DNA of 64,000 bases from an uncultured bacterium. GTDB lineage: Bacteria > Cyanobacteriota > Cyanobacteriia > Cyanobacteriales > JAABRE01. Each line of letters opens with the position of its first letter. Positions within the stretch are counted from its first letter, which is position 1. The position numbers and the translations under genes are program-made. The stretch covers positions 2,520 to 66,519 of the forward strand of contig CAYPSO010000004.1 of assembly GCA_964413275.1 (NCBI GenBank), read 5' to 3'. Positions 38,270 through 48,349 of the stretch are shown one piece after another. The notes beneath the pieces are model-generated. The model had not been told where the DNA came from. It did no database searches and saw only the letters and a list, made by a program, of their open reading frames with translations.

Positions 38270-39403
38270 CTATTCAGGAATGATTTCAGTAACGACTCTT
38301 TCTCCTTTACTACTGGTAACTACCATGCTTTTTTCGGTGAGTTTCCCGACAGCTTTACTTCCAGTAGCTACAAATTGGGGGTTAGTTTGTTGATAAATTA
38401 CATTTCCTTCTGCGGTAAACATTTCTTGCTTCATATTCCAGGTCAAGTAATTAGAATATAGTTTGGCTTCTTGATTTGTATTTTCCCCTGTAACCCCACT
38501 ATTTAAGTAGGCTATTTGCTCCTCTAAATCGACTTTTCCCTTATTCCCTGTCACTGTTATTTGTTGTTCTTTATCAATGATCTGAATAGGGGTTTCTGTG
38601 GTAACTATGCGAGAATTGAGATGCCAACTTGCTGATTTAGTAGCCATTTGTAAAGATGGTTCTAATGAGTTTAACTCAACATTATTTTCTAAACGAGCAA
38701 TTTCGGTTTTTAAGTTTATTTCACCTTTTTGGGCTTGTAAACGGTCAGTAACCGTTGTATTCTGATACCTTTCAATATCTAAGGGCACATCTACTAAAAT
38801 TAATTCTTGTTTTATATTCCAGATTAAATGCTCGGTTTTGAATTGTATTGGTGGTTTGTTACTTTTACCTAAAATCTGTCCACTTATATCTAATTTTTCT
38901 TCTTTGGTTAAATATTTCCCTTCTTTAGCAGATACTTTTAACTTAGGATGAGTTGCCATAATCTGATTATGCACCATTAAGAGATTCTCTTGAGGTCGCC
39001 ATTGGGCTTGTTGACACTTAATTTCTATGGCATTACGTTGATCTATGGCAATTATTTCATCTTCTAACCAAACAATTTCACCATTTTGTTCGATTTTTCC
39101 CTTGGCTGCACTAACTTTTAAGACAATTTCCCCATCTTGATATAAATTACCAGAAAGATTTTCTAATTGAGCAATTTTTTTATCTTGACTATAGGATGCT
39201 TGTTCGGCTTTTATTTTCCATAAAGTTTGACCTTCAGGATTAGCTTGTTCTAGGGTAATATTTTTAAATATTAAGCGGCTTTCCTCATTTTCAGTATTAT
39301 TGTTATTAGAATTTTCTGGAGGTGGAGGAGAGACAACTTTTGACTTTCCACAACCAGAAATAATAACTAATAACAAAAAAAATAAAGCAATTTTTAATCT
39401 CAA
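38270..39403 (-). CDS. Periplasmic lipoprotein with repeated OstA/LptA/LptC-like beta-jellyroll segments
   Basis: Lipobox VIISGC. Repetitive ...L.G.V.L...G......A..... segments are typical of OstA_N-type domains. Assignment is by pattern only. Confidence 0.4.
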   Translation of the reverse strand: MRLKIALFFLLLVIISGCGKSKVVSPPPPENSNNNNTENEESRLIFKNITLEQANPEGQTLWKIKAEQASYSQDKKIAQLENLSGNLYQDGEIVLKVSAAKGKIEQNGEIVWLEDEIIAIDQRNAIEIKCQQAQWRPQENLLMVHNQIMATHPKLKVSAKEGKYLTKEEKLDISGQILGKSNKPPIQFKTEHLIWNIKQELILVDVPLDIERYQNTTVTDRLQAQKGEINLKTEIARLENNVELNSLEPSLQMATKSASWHLNSRIVTTETPIQIIDKEQQITVTGNKGKVDLEEQIAYLNSGVTGENTNQEAKLYSNYLTWNMKQEMFTAEGNVIYQQTNPQFVATGSKAVGKLTEKSMVVTSSKGERVVTEIIPE

Positions 39404-39446
39404 TTTTTTAATTACCTAGTCAAGCAAATTTAAACTATTTTGGTGA

Positions 39447-40040
39447 TTATTGATCTAAAATACCAAACCCAGAAAAGGTTCGATAAGGACTACTATGTTT
39501 AGGATCTTTTTGAATATCCTCTTTAATTTGTTCGAGGTCGATATAACGATCGGCCACATTAATTAAACTATCGCTGGTCATCGATCGCAAACTAACTACT
39601 TCTACTCTAGCACCACGATAACTAACTGCATCTACTGCATAGGCTAAATCCCCATCTCCACTAACTAATACTGCGCTATCATAAGCACCCACCAGAGCCA
39701 TCAAATCTACGGCAATCTCCACATCAAGGTTCGCCTTTTTTGAGCCATCGGGTAATTGTACTAAATCTTTAGCAATCACTCGATAACCATTACGACGCAT
39801 CCACAACAAAAATCCTTGCTGTTTTTCGTTGGTTCGATCTACTCCTGTATAAAAAAAGGAGCGCAACAATCTTGAACCACCAGTCAAGCGAGAAAGCAAT
39901 TTTGTATAATCAATTTCTATGCCCAACTGTAGGGCAGCGTAAAATAGATTAGAGCCATCTATAAAAATAGCAACTCTACCCCTATTCTCCAACACCTGTT
40001 CCGGCGTGAAGACTGGGTCACTATCAAAATTATCTAACAT
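39447..40040 (-). CDS. NYN-domain (LabA/DUF88-like) protein
   Basis: RVAIFIDGSNLFYAA, RSFFYTG and LVSGDGDLAYAV are the conserved acidic motifs of LabA-like NYN nucleases. Confidence 0.75.
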   Translation of the reverse strand: MLDNFDSDPVFTPEQVLENRGRVAIFIDGSNLFYAALQLGIEIDYTKLLSRLTGGSRLLRSFFYTGVDRTNEKQQGFLLWMRRNGYRVIAKDLVQLPDGSKKANLDVEIAVDLMALVGAYDSAVLVSGDGDLAYAVDAVSYRGARVEVVSLRSMTSDSLINVADRYIDLEQIKEDIQKDPKHSSPYRTFSGFGILDQ

Positions 40041-40165
40041 TTTTTATGCCTCAGTTTTTATTTTAAAAAAGTTTTTTATTTTAGTTACCTTCATCTATAA
40101 CTCATTTTGCTAATATATAGCTTTAATTTCTGATAATTTTAACAATTTCTTCAATTATCTTGTAC

Positions 40166-41755
40166 TTAAATTTCAATACGAGCAAAAATTGGATGAGTTT
40201 TATTTAGGTTTTGATTAGCAGGAAGTTTTCCCCATTGAGAATGCAAGTCGAATAAACGGGCTTGATTAATTTGATTTTTATTATTAAAGTCTAAATTAAA
40301 TCCAAGTTGTTGATAAATATCACGGCTTAAATCAGGAATGATAGGTGATAATAAATAAGCCGATAATCTAACTGATTCGAGAACTGCATATAAAGTCTCC
40401 TCAACTTCTGATTGTTTCCCTTGTTTAAATAAAGTCCAAGGGGCCGTTTCATCAATAAATTTATTACTAGCTCGAATCAAATTAAAAACTGCTTCACAAG
40501 CTTGTGAAAATTGTAAGTTATCGTAAAAACAATTAACCTTACTACCCAATTCTAACCCAAGTTTTTTTAAAATATTATCATCTGTAACATTAATACAAGT
40601 TAATTGAGGTAAGGTAGATTGACAATATTTCTTCAACATTCCTAAAGTACGATTAAGTAAATTACCTAAATCGTTTGCCAAATCAGCGTTTAGGACTTCG
40701 ATAAAGCGTTGTTCGTTAAAGTCTCCATCCTTGCCAAATTCTATTTCTTTAATGAAATAATATCTCACTGCATCTGCACTATAACGCTCAATTAAATCGA
40801 AAGGATCTAAAGTATTTCCTAAACTTTTTCCCATTTTTTGACCATCTTTAGTTAAAAAGCCGTGACCAAATACTTTATTAGGTAAAGGTAATTGTGCAGA
40901 CATTAACATTGCCGGCCAATAAACTGCATGAAAACGCAGAATATCTTTACCAATTAAATGCAAATTAATCGGCCACCATTTAGCTAAAGCATTATCTAAA
41001 TTTACCTCATCTTCTGGGTTTAATAATGCTGTTACATAACCAAGTAAAGCATCAAACCAAACATAAATTGTATGGGAGGGATCGACGGGTAAAGGGAAAC
41101 CCCAAGGTACATTTACACGAGATATGGAGAAGTCTTGTAATCCCTGTTTAACAAAATTTAATACTTCATTTCTTCGAGTTTCTGGCTGAATAAATTCAGG
41201 ATTTTTTTGGTAAAATTCTTCTAATTGTTGCTGATATTTTGATAGTTGAAAGAAATAATTTTGCTCATCTCTCCACTCAGCTTCTTTGTTAAGATGAATT
41301 GCACAATGATGACCGTTAACTAATTCTCTTTTTTCTTTAAATTCTTCACAGGCTACACAATACCAACCTTGTTGTCGATCTAAATATATATCTCCTCGAT
41401 CCCAAACTCGTTGGAAAAATTGTTTTACTATTTCTGCATGATTAGGTGAGGTTGTACGACTAAAGCGATCGTATTGAATATTGAGTTTATGCCACAATTG
41501 TTGAAAACTGGTTACAATTGCGTCGCAATGTAGTTGGGGATCGATTCCTTTGGCTTCGGCGGTGCGTTGGATTTTTAGCCCATGTTCATCTGTACCCGTA
41601 ATAAATAAAACATCTTTGCCTTGTAGTCTTTGCCAACGAGCGATCGCATCAGCAACAATGGTAGTATAAGCACTACCTATATGAGGAATATCATTTACAT
41701 AATATAAAGGTGTGGTTAAGGCAAATTTTTTTAAATTAGTTTCTTGATTACTCAT
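40166..41755 (-). CDS. metG: Methionine--tRNA ligase
   Basis: YYVNDIPHIGSAYTT (HIGH-type), the zinc-knuckle region CVACEEF...HHC, and KMGKSLGN (KMSKS). Confidence 0.95.
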   Translation of the reverse strand: MSNQETNLKKFALTTPLYYVNDIPHIGSAYTTIVADAIARWQRLQGKDVLFITGTDEHGLKIQRTAEAKGIDPQLHCDAIVTSFQQLWHKLNIQYDRFSRTTSPNHAEIVKQFFQRVWDRGDIYLDRQQGWYCVACEEFKEKRELVNGHHCAIHLNKEAEWRDEQNYFFQLSKYQQQLEEFYQKNPEFIQPETRRNEVLNFVKQGLQDFSISRVNVPWGFPLPVDPSHTIYVWFDALLGYVTALLNPEDEVNLDNALAKWWPINLHLIGKDILRFHAVYWPAMLMSAQLPLPNKVFGHGFLTKDGQKMGKSLGNTLDPFDLIERYSADAVRYYFIKEIEFGKDGDFNEQRFIEVLNADLANDLGNLLNRTLGMLKKYCQSTLPQLTCINVTDDNILKKLGLELGSKVNCFYDNLQFSQACEAVFNLIRASNKFIDETAPWTLFKQGKQSEVEETLYAVLESVRLSAYLLSPIIPDLSRDIYQQLGFNLDFNNKNQINQARLFDLHSQWGKLPANQNLNKTHPIFARIEI

Positions 41756-41915
41756 TATGTATATAATTGTTTAGTTTTCTAAATAATCCATTGTAGTGGC
41801 AAATACCGCTCAAATTGTCATCTTTTCAGACAACCGTATTCAATGATACGAACTTTTTCTGGTGGGTAAAATACCTACTATAATTTGAATTAGTGTATAT
41901 TTACCTAATTCGTAA

Positions 41916-42692
41916 ATGCAAGTTGTTCAAAAGGTTTCTGATGTTAGTTTTTTGACTCCTAAGCCCATTAAATCTAATTATCCTCTATTTATCTATTTAC
42001 CCGGTATGGATGCCACAGGGAAGCTATTACATACTCAAGTAGATGATTTAACTAGACATTTTGATATTAGGTGTTTATCAATTGCCCCAAATAATTTAAG
42101 TGATTGGGATAATTTAGCTTCCCAGGTTATAGATTTAATTATAGAAGAATTAAGAAATCGCAAGTATCAGTCGGTGTATCTCTGTGGCGAATCCTTTGGT
42201 GGTTGTTTGGCTTTAAAAATAGCTACCATTGTTCCTTGGTTATTTCAGAAGATTATTTTAGTTAATCCCGCCTCTTCATTTAAGCAACAACCTTTACTTA
42301 GTTTTGGCATTCCTTTAACTCAATGGTTGCCTGATTTTTTATATCAAGGTTCAACATCAGTCTTATTACCCTTTTTAGCATCCACAGGTAGAATTAAAGA
42401 ATGCGATCGCCAAAAGTTATTAAATGCCATGAATTCTTTACCTTTAAATACTGTTAGTTGGCGTTTATCTTTACTCAGAGATTTTATGATTAAACCCCAA
42501 GATTTATCGAAATTAATTCAACCAGTCTTAATTATGGCTAGTGGTGCAGATTTGTTATTACCATCTATTAATGAAGCTAAACGATTACTTAATTATTTTC
42601 CCAATGGAATATTAAAAATATTACCCCATAGCGGTCATGCTTGTTTATTAGAAAAAGAAGTTAATCTTCATCAAATCTTAAAGGATTGGTAA
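41916..42692 (+). CDS. Alpha/beta-fold hydrolase
   Basis: Nucleophile elbow GESFGG, and a C-terminal His in LPHSGHACLLE. Confidence 0.7.
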   Translation: MQVVQKVSDVSFLTPKPIKSNYPLFIYLPGMDATGKLLHTQVDDLTRHFDIRCLSIAPNNLSDWDNLASQVIDLIIEELRNRKYQSVYLCGESFGGCLALKIATIVPWLFQKIILVNPASSFKQQPLLSFGIPLTQWLPDFLYQGSTSVLLPFLASTGRIKECDRQKLLNAMNSLPLNTVSWRLSLLRDFMIKPQDLSKLIQPVLIMASGADLLLPSINEAKRLLNYFPNGILKILPHSGHACLLEKEVNLHQILKDW

Positions 42693-42701
42693 TTTTTGAG
42701 A

Positions 42702-44054
42702 ATGATAAAAAAACATTGGCAAGCTTTGATAAAATTTGTTTGCATAATTTTTCTGATAATCGTAACTAATTCATTAATTAATGCTCAGGAAAATTTAACA
42801 CCTCAAAACAAACTTAATCAAGCTCCAGTGGTTTTTAATAACGAAACTCTTTTTGTCATTCAAGAAAAATTTGGCCCTGCTTCCCTACAACAACGAGCCC
42901 AAGAAATAAGTACCAGAATTGAAGGAATAGCTAAAGATTTCTCCATTCCTTTAGATTCCCTGCAAATAGCAGAAGTAGAAGGAGTCGTAATTGTTTCCTC
43001 AAAAGATACAGCCCTTGTGGGTATTACAGAAGCTGATGCCAAAGCCGCAGGTATGTCTCAACAGAAATTAGCTGAAAATTATCTCCAAAAAATAAAAATT
43101 TCTATCATTAAATATAGAAAAGAACATAGTTTAATTAAATTAATCCAAAACTGGTTTTCTAACCCAATTACGATCAAGCTAATAACAATTTGTATTGGCA
43201 TTTTAGTTATTAATTTTATTTTCCGATCCCTGAGTCATTCACTACCCGGCTATATTCAAGATACAGAGGCAAGCTATCGCCTTCGCAAGGTTATCACTCT
43301 TATTGGTTATTTTGTAGTTGTCCTTTTCATCACTATTGTTTTTAGCGATCGCTTAGGTCAATTAACTGTAGTTTTTGGAGTAATTGGTGCAGGTATTGCT
43401 TTTGCACTTCAGGAAGTCATTGCTAGTGTTGCGGGTTGGATTGCCATATCTCTGGGGCAGTTTTATCACCCCGGTGACAGAGTGCAACTTGGAGGAATTA
43501 TGGGGGATGTGATTGACATTAGTATTTTACGAACCACAGTTATGGAGATTGGAGCTTGGGTTAAAGCTGACTTGTATAATGGGCGTATTGTCCGTATTGC
43601 TAATAGTTTTGTCTTCAAAGAACCAGTTTTCAACTATTCTGCGGATTTTCCCTTTGTTTGGGATGAAATTATTATTCCAGTCAAATATGGAAGCGATCAT
43701 CATTTAGCTAGAGAAATTCTCCAGCAAGTAGCCGAAGAAGTTGTGGGAGAATATGTGCCTCGTGCGAAGATACATTGGCAGCAGATGGTACACAAATATC
43801 TGATTGAAGATGCGAGGGTTGAGCCGGTGGTTACTTTAGTTACAACGGACAATTGGATAGAATTTACTCTGCGTTACGTTGTTGATTATAAGTATCGACG
43901 GGGAAAAAGAGATCGGATTTTCACCCGTATTCTCGATGAATTTTTAGAGACAAAAGGTACTGTTGCCTACGCTTCAACTACAGTGCATCTTGTTGAAACT
44001 CCTGTGTTTGATGTTAGAGTAATGGATGGGAAAAAAGGAGATCATAAGGTTTAA
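42702..44054 (+). CDS. Mechanosensitive ion channel (MscS family) with an N-terminal periplasmic extension
   Basis: MscS core GDRVQLGGIMGDVIDISILRTTV preceded by TM helices. I prefer the ATG at 42702 over the TTG at 42696. Confidence 0.8.
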   Translation: MIKKHWQALIKFVCIIFLIIVTNSLINAQENLTPQNKLNQAPVVFNNETLFVIQEKFGPASLQQRAQEISTRIEGIAKDFSIPLDSLQIAEVEGVVIVSSKDTALVGITEADAKAAGMSQQKLAENYLQKIKISIIKYRKEHSLIKLIQNWFSNPITIKLITICIGILVINFIFRSLSHSLPGYIQDTEASYRLRKVITLIGYFVVVLFITIVFSDRLGQLTVVFGVIGAGIAFALQEVIASVAGWIAISLGQFYHPGDRVQLGGIMGDVIDISILRTTVMEIGAWVKADLYNGRIVRIANSFVFKEPVFNYSADFPFVWDEIIIPVKYGSDHHLAREILQQVAEEVVGEYVPRAKIHWQQMVHKYLIEDARVEPVVTLVTTDNWIEFTLRYVVDYKYRRGKRDRIFTRILDEFLETKGTVAYASTTVHLVETPVFDVRVMDGKKGDHKV

Positions 44055-44132
44055 ATCACTTATTTGAAATAATGACTACTCTTTCAACCAGTAAGTTAAA
44101 TACGTAACAACTTAGATTTATTATTAACAATT

Positions 44133-44175
44133 AAACAGAAAAATGGAGTTGGGGTTGCGCTATTAACCCCATCTC
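44133..44175 (-). terminator. Probable rho-independent terminator of the radical SAM gene
   Basis: On the minus strand: gagatggggtt-aatagcgc-aaccccaactc (11-bp stem with 1 mismatch) followed by CATTTTTCTGTTT. It lies between convergent genes. Confidence 0.55.
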
Positions 44176-44183
44176 AACTGAGA

Positions 44184-45782
44184 TTAATTGATACTTACTA
44201 ATTCAGTATTTTTCGGTTGAATTGGTACATAATTCTCCATTTTAGTTTCAATTTCATTGCGCACAATTAAACGATAGTCAATAAAATGTTCCAAGTGAGC
44301 GCAATTGGTTAAGTAGTGTTTTAATATCCTGGGGTTACGGTTCATAATTGAAAATAACTGCTGCCAAAATTGCCAGCGAGTATTACGTTTTATCCCTTGT
44401 CGCCAACAAATCAAAAATAATGCCTGTATATCTTTTAATTCTGGTAATTGAAATTTTTTCTTGTGGGGTTTAAGCTTCATATTAATAAAGTGACGGTAAA
44501 CTCTTGCCAAATAGCGATCTGGTTCATATAATTCCCAAAAGCATTGGACATATTCTTTGGCAATTTCTTCTATGGGACGAGTTGGCACAAAATTAATTAA
44601 GGTTGTCTGGTGAATATTCGCCTCACTCTCAGTTTCTAATAAACGTCCTTCTTTTTGAAGACGATGGGATAGTGCAGTATTCGGTAAAGCTTGTAGCATA
44701 CTAAGCAGTGCTTGAGGAATAGCAGTAGCTTCTACAAAGTCAATAATGCGATCGCCTGCCCCCGGTTTTTCTCCATCAAACCCAATGATAAACCCAGCCA
44801 TAACTCTTAATCCAGCTTGATTAATTGTTTGCACTGACTCGATCAAAGACTTACGAGTGTTTTGAAATTTTTGAGTCATTGATAGGCTATCCGTGTCAGG
44901 GGTTTCAATACCCAAAAATACAGCACTAAAATTAGCTGCAATCATCATTTCCAGAAGTTCTTGATCTTGGGCTAAATCAACGGAGGCTTCTGTGGAAAAA
45001 CTAAAGGGGTATTCATGTTCTACCATCCAGGGAATAAGTTCTCGCAGTAACAGTTTGACATTGCGTTTATTACCAATGAAATTGTCATCTACAACAAAGA
45101 TCGATCGCCGCCAACCCAAATCATAGAGAGTTTGTAACTCTTGCAGAAGTTGAGTCGGTGATTTCGTTCGTGGTTTACGTCCATAAAGCACGATGATGTC
45201 GCAAAATTCGCATTGGTAGGGGCAACCCCTTGAAAACTGAACTGACATATCACTGTAAGCCTTCAGATTCAATAAATCAAATCGAGGAATGGGTGTGGTG
45301 GTGACATCTGGTTTTTCTCCCTGCGCACGAAAAATACCTGAAGTTTTTCCTTGTTTTATACTTTCTACAAACAGAGGTAAAGTAATTTCCCCTTCATCCA
45401 AAACTAAAAAATCTGCTCCTGCTTCCAAAGCAAACTCAGGTACAGAAGTAACATAAGGCCCTCCTACCGCAACTTTTTTACCCCTTCGCTTTGATTCTTC
45501 AATCAAAAACTGCATATCCTCCTTCTGCACAATCATGCCGGAAATAATTACTAATTCTGCCCAGTACCAGTCTGCATCTGTTTGATAGGCAACATTGCGA
45601 TCTACTAAGCGAAACTCCCAGTTTTGGGGCAAAATAGCCGCAACAGTGATTAAACTCAAAGGTGGAAGGGAAACTTTACGGCCAATAAGTTCCAGTGCTT
45701 TATCAAAAGACCAGAAAGATTTTGGGAAAAGGGGATACAATAATAAAACTCGCATAATTATATAGTTAATCGGTTTATTCAC
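44184..45782 (-). CDS. B12-binding-domain radical SAM protein (with a DUF4070-type C-terminus)
   Basis: N-terminal B12-binding-like Rossmann segment, the radical SAM cluster motif SRGCPYQCEFCD (CxxxCxxC), and a long helical C-terminal region. Confidence 0.75.
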   Translation of the reverse strand: MNKPINYIIMRVLLLYPLFPKSFWSFDKALELIGRKVSLPPLSLITVAAILPQNWEFRLVDRNVAYQTDADWYWAELVIISGMIVQKEDMQFLIEESKRRGKKVAVGGPYVTSVPEFALEAGADFLVLDEGEITLPLFVESIKQGKTSGIFRAQGEKPDVTTTPIPRFDLLNLKAYSDMSVQFSRGCPYQCEFCDIIVLYGRKPRTKSPTQLLQELQTLYDLGWRRSIFVVDDNFIGNKRNVKLLLRELIPWMVEHEYPFSFSTEASVDLAQDQELLEMMIAANFSAVFLGIETPDTDSLSMTQKFQNTRKSLIESVQTINQAGLRVMAGFIIGFDGEKPGAGDRIIDFVEATAIPQALLSMLQALPNTALSHRLQKEGRLLETESEANIHQTTLINFVPTRPIEEIAKEYVQCFWELYEPDRYLARVYRHFINMKLKPHKKKFQLPELKDIQALFLICWRQGIKRNTRWQFWQQLFSIMNRNPRILKHYLTNCAHLEHFIDYRLIVRNEIETKMENYVPIQPKNTELVSIN

Positions 45783-46186
45783 CCGTTACTGCGTTATCTC
45801 CATCTAATCTAACAGCAATTGCTGACTCAAAAACTTTACGGTTGTAATTTGCAAAATTTTAAAGCAAGTAATATTTATTTATCCGCGATAAAAAAAATCA
45901 GGCAACCAACTTCTTACAATACTTTAGTGTCTGATTTATACAGATATTTAAGATGAAATCTTTATTAGATAGGACTTTCAGGATTTTTTTTCGGAAAAAA
46001 GTGCAAGGTTTTTGGAGATTAGCATGGAACAGGCTTGCATTTTTACTACTCAGATTCCTAAATTTAGCAGTAGGGAATAACCGAAACTCTTGTCTGCTAT
46101 TCCCTGTGGCCTCTTGCCTATCCCAACCAGCCAAGGAGTTCAGCAAACCCTACTTAAAAATTCCCCTTTTCAGAGGGATTTTAAAA

Positions 46187-48073
46187 TTAAAGTTGAGGAA
46201 CAAATTGTTCCTTTTCAGGTACTGTGGTATATTCAGCTACAATTTGACGAAATTCTTCGCCGTCAATGGTTTCTTTCTCAATTAATAAATCAACTAAACG
46301 ATCGATCACTTCCCTATTGTCTTTAACAATTTTACGAGCAATTTGATGAGCTTGTTCTGCGATCGCCTTTACTTGATCGTCAATACGAGAAGCAACTTGT
46401 TCTGAATATTCAGCACGATTCATTAAACCACCACCAAGGAAAACTTCACCGCTTTGACTTTCCAAGGAAAGTAGCCCTAAATTACTCATGCCAAAACGAG
46501 TTACCATTTGTCTGGCCATACCGGAAACTTGCTGTAAGTCTCCACCTGCACCAGTTGTCACCTCATCGTAACCAAAAATTTCTTCTTCAGCAGCACGGCC
46601 ACCTAATGCACCAGAAATACGTGCCATTAACTGTGCCTTAGTGGTTAAGCCTTGTTCTTCATTAGGAGTAAACCAAGTTAAACCTTGGGCTTGTCCACGA
46701 GGAATTAAGGTAACTTTCTGTACGGGATCGTGATCTTTTAATAAAGTACCAACAATGGCGTGGCCAACTTCATGATAAGCAATTAATCGCTTACTCTTAC
46801 TGTCAACTAAAGGAGTTCCTTCCATACCAGCAATTACTCGATCCACTGCATCGTCAACTTCTAACATGGTAATAGCTTCTTTACGACGACGAGCGGTTAA
46901 AATTGCCGCTTCATTAAGTAGATTAGCTAAGTCAGCACCACTGAAACCGGGGGTACGACGGGCGATCGCTTCTAAGGAAATTTCTGGGGCTAATTTCTTA
47001 TTGCGAGCATGAACTTCTAAAATACCAATACGCCCTTTAATATCGGGAGGATCGACGCTTACTTGACGGTCAAAACGACCGGGACGCATTAAGGCAGAAT
47101 CAAGCACGTCAGGGCGGTTTGTAGCCGCAATAATGATAATTCCGGTATTTCCTTCAAAACCATCCATTTCAGTTAATAACTGATTGAGGGTTTGTTCTCG
47201 CTCATCATTACCGCCACCGATACCAGCACCACGTTGACGACCTACGGCATCAATTTCATCAATAAAGATTAAACAGGGAGCATTTTCTTTGGCTTTTTTA
47301 AATAAATCTCGAACTCTCGAAGCACCAACACCCACAAACATTTCTACAAATTCAGAACCAGAAATACTGAAGAAAGGCACACCAGCTTCACCGGCGATGG
47401 CTTTAGCGAGTAAAGTTTTACCAGTACCCGGAGGCCCAATTAATAATACACCTTTAGGAATGCGCGCGCCAACTGCGGTAAAACGTTCGGGTTGCTTTAA
47501 AAAGGTTACAACTTCTTGTAATTCTTCTTTGGCTTCATCAATACCTGCCACATCATCAAACATTATTCCTGTTTTTGCTTCCATCATGAAACGAGCTTTG
47601 GATTTACCAAAATTCATCGCTTGACCTGGGCCACCGGGCATATTATTAGAACGACGGAATAAGAAAAATAAAGCACCAATTAATAAAATAGGGAAAATTA
47701 AGTTACCCAATAGACCCCAGATTGCTCCATTACTTTGTAGAGGATGGGAATCTAAGGCAACATTAGAGGCTCTTAATTTAGAGATTAACTCAGGAGAATC
47801 ACTAGGTAAATCAACCCTTAATTTTTGTAAACGGTTATCTAGATCGGGATCGATAGCTTGTACAATAGCAGTGCGTCCACCTTCATAGAGATCGACACTA
47901 GCAACTCTTCCAGCATCTATATATTCTAGAAAACGACCATAACTCATACGAGTGCTGGCAGTATTATTACCTAGATTAGCTCCAGTTGGGGAAAAAGTCC
48001 CTTGCCAGAGGAAAAAGCCTATTACTAAAGCGGGTAATGTCCAAAGTAGTAATGTTTTCCAAGAAAGTTTCAT
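46187..48073 (-). CDS. ftsH: ATP-dependent zinc metalloprotease FtsH
   Basis: Walker A GPPGTGKT, Walker [13 protein letters not shown] region, and zinc site HEVGHAIVG. Two N-terminal TM helices. Confidence 0.97.
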   Translation of the reverse strand: MKLSWKTLLLWTLPALVIGFFLWQGTFSPTGANLGNNTASTRMSYGRFLEYIDAGRVASVDLYEGGRTAIVQAIDPDLDNRLQKLRVDLPSDSPELISKLRASNVALDSHPLQSNGAIWGLLGNLIFPILLIGALFFLFRRSNNMPGGPGQAMNFGKSKARFMMEAKTGIMFDDVAGIDEAKEELQEVVTFLKQPERFTAVGARIPKGVLLIGPPGTGKTLLAKAIAGEAGVPFFSISGSEFVEMFVGVGASRVRDLFKKAKENAPCLIFIDEIDAVGRQRGAGIGGGNDEREQTLNQLLTEMDGFEGNTGIIIIAATNRPDVLDSALMRPGRFDRQVSVDPPDIKGRIGILEVHARNKKLAPEISLEAIARRTPGFSGADLANLLNEAAILTARRRKEAITMLEVDDAVDRVIAGMEGTPLVDSKSKRLIAYHEVGHAIVGTLLKDHDPVQKVTLIPRGQAQGLTWFTPNEEQGLTTKAQLMARISGALGGRAAEEEIFGYDEVTTGAGGDLQQVSGMARQMVTRFGMSNLGLLSLESQSGEVFLGGGLMNRAEYSEQVASRIDDQVKAIAEQAHQIARKIVKDNREVIDRLVDLLIEKETIDGEEFRQIVAEYTTVPEKEQFVPQL

Positions 48074-48349
48074 ATTTTTGTTTAAGTTTATTTTAATTGC
48101 GTTACAGAAGTCAGAATTACAGTTGTTGCTGTATTACCTTATTATTTTATATTTGTCAAGTTTTTTTTGCTATTAAATTAACTTCTTAATATAATGTAAC
48201 GTATTTCTCATAATTCTGGCAAGAACGATTTGTTATAAGTAGGAGTAACATGAATTTAACTAAAAAAAGCAAACTTTAAGAAATTATGGAAGCCCAAGAA
48301 AAAACCATTCTTACCGACCAAAAATTCGCCGTTGGTACTTTATAGTCTT

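Noticed and set aside
45898-46326. Three overlapping small ORFs (45898-46146 minus; 45953-46285 and 46090-46326 plus)
   Set aside because: They overlap each other and the ftsH 3' end, and their translations are low-complexity, basic and unlike real proteins. The region is treated as non-coding.
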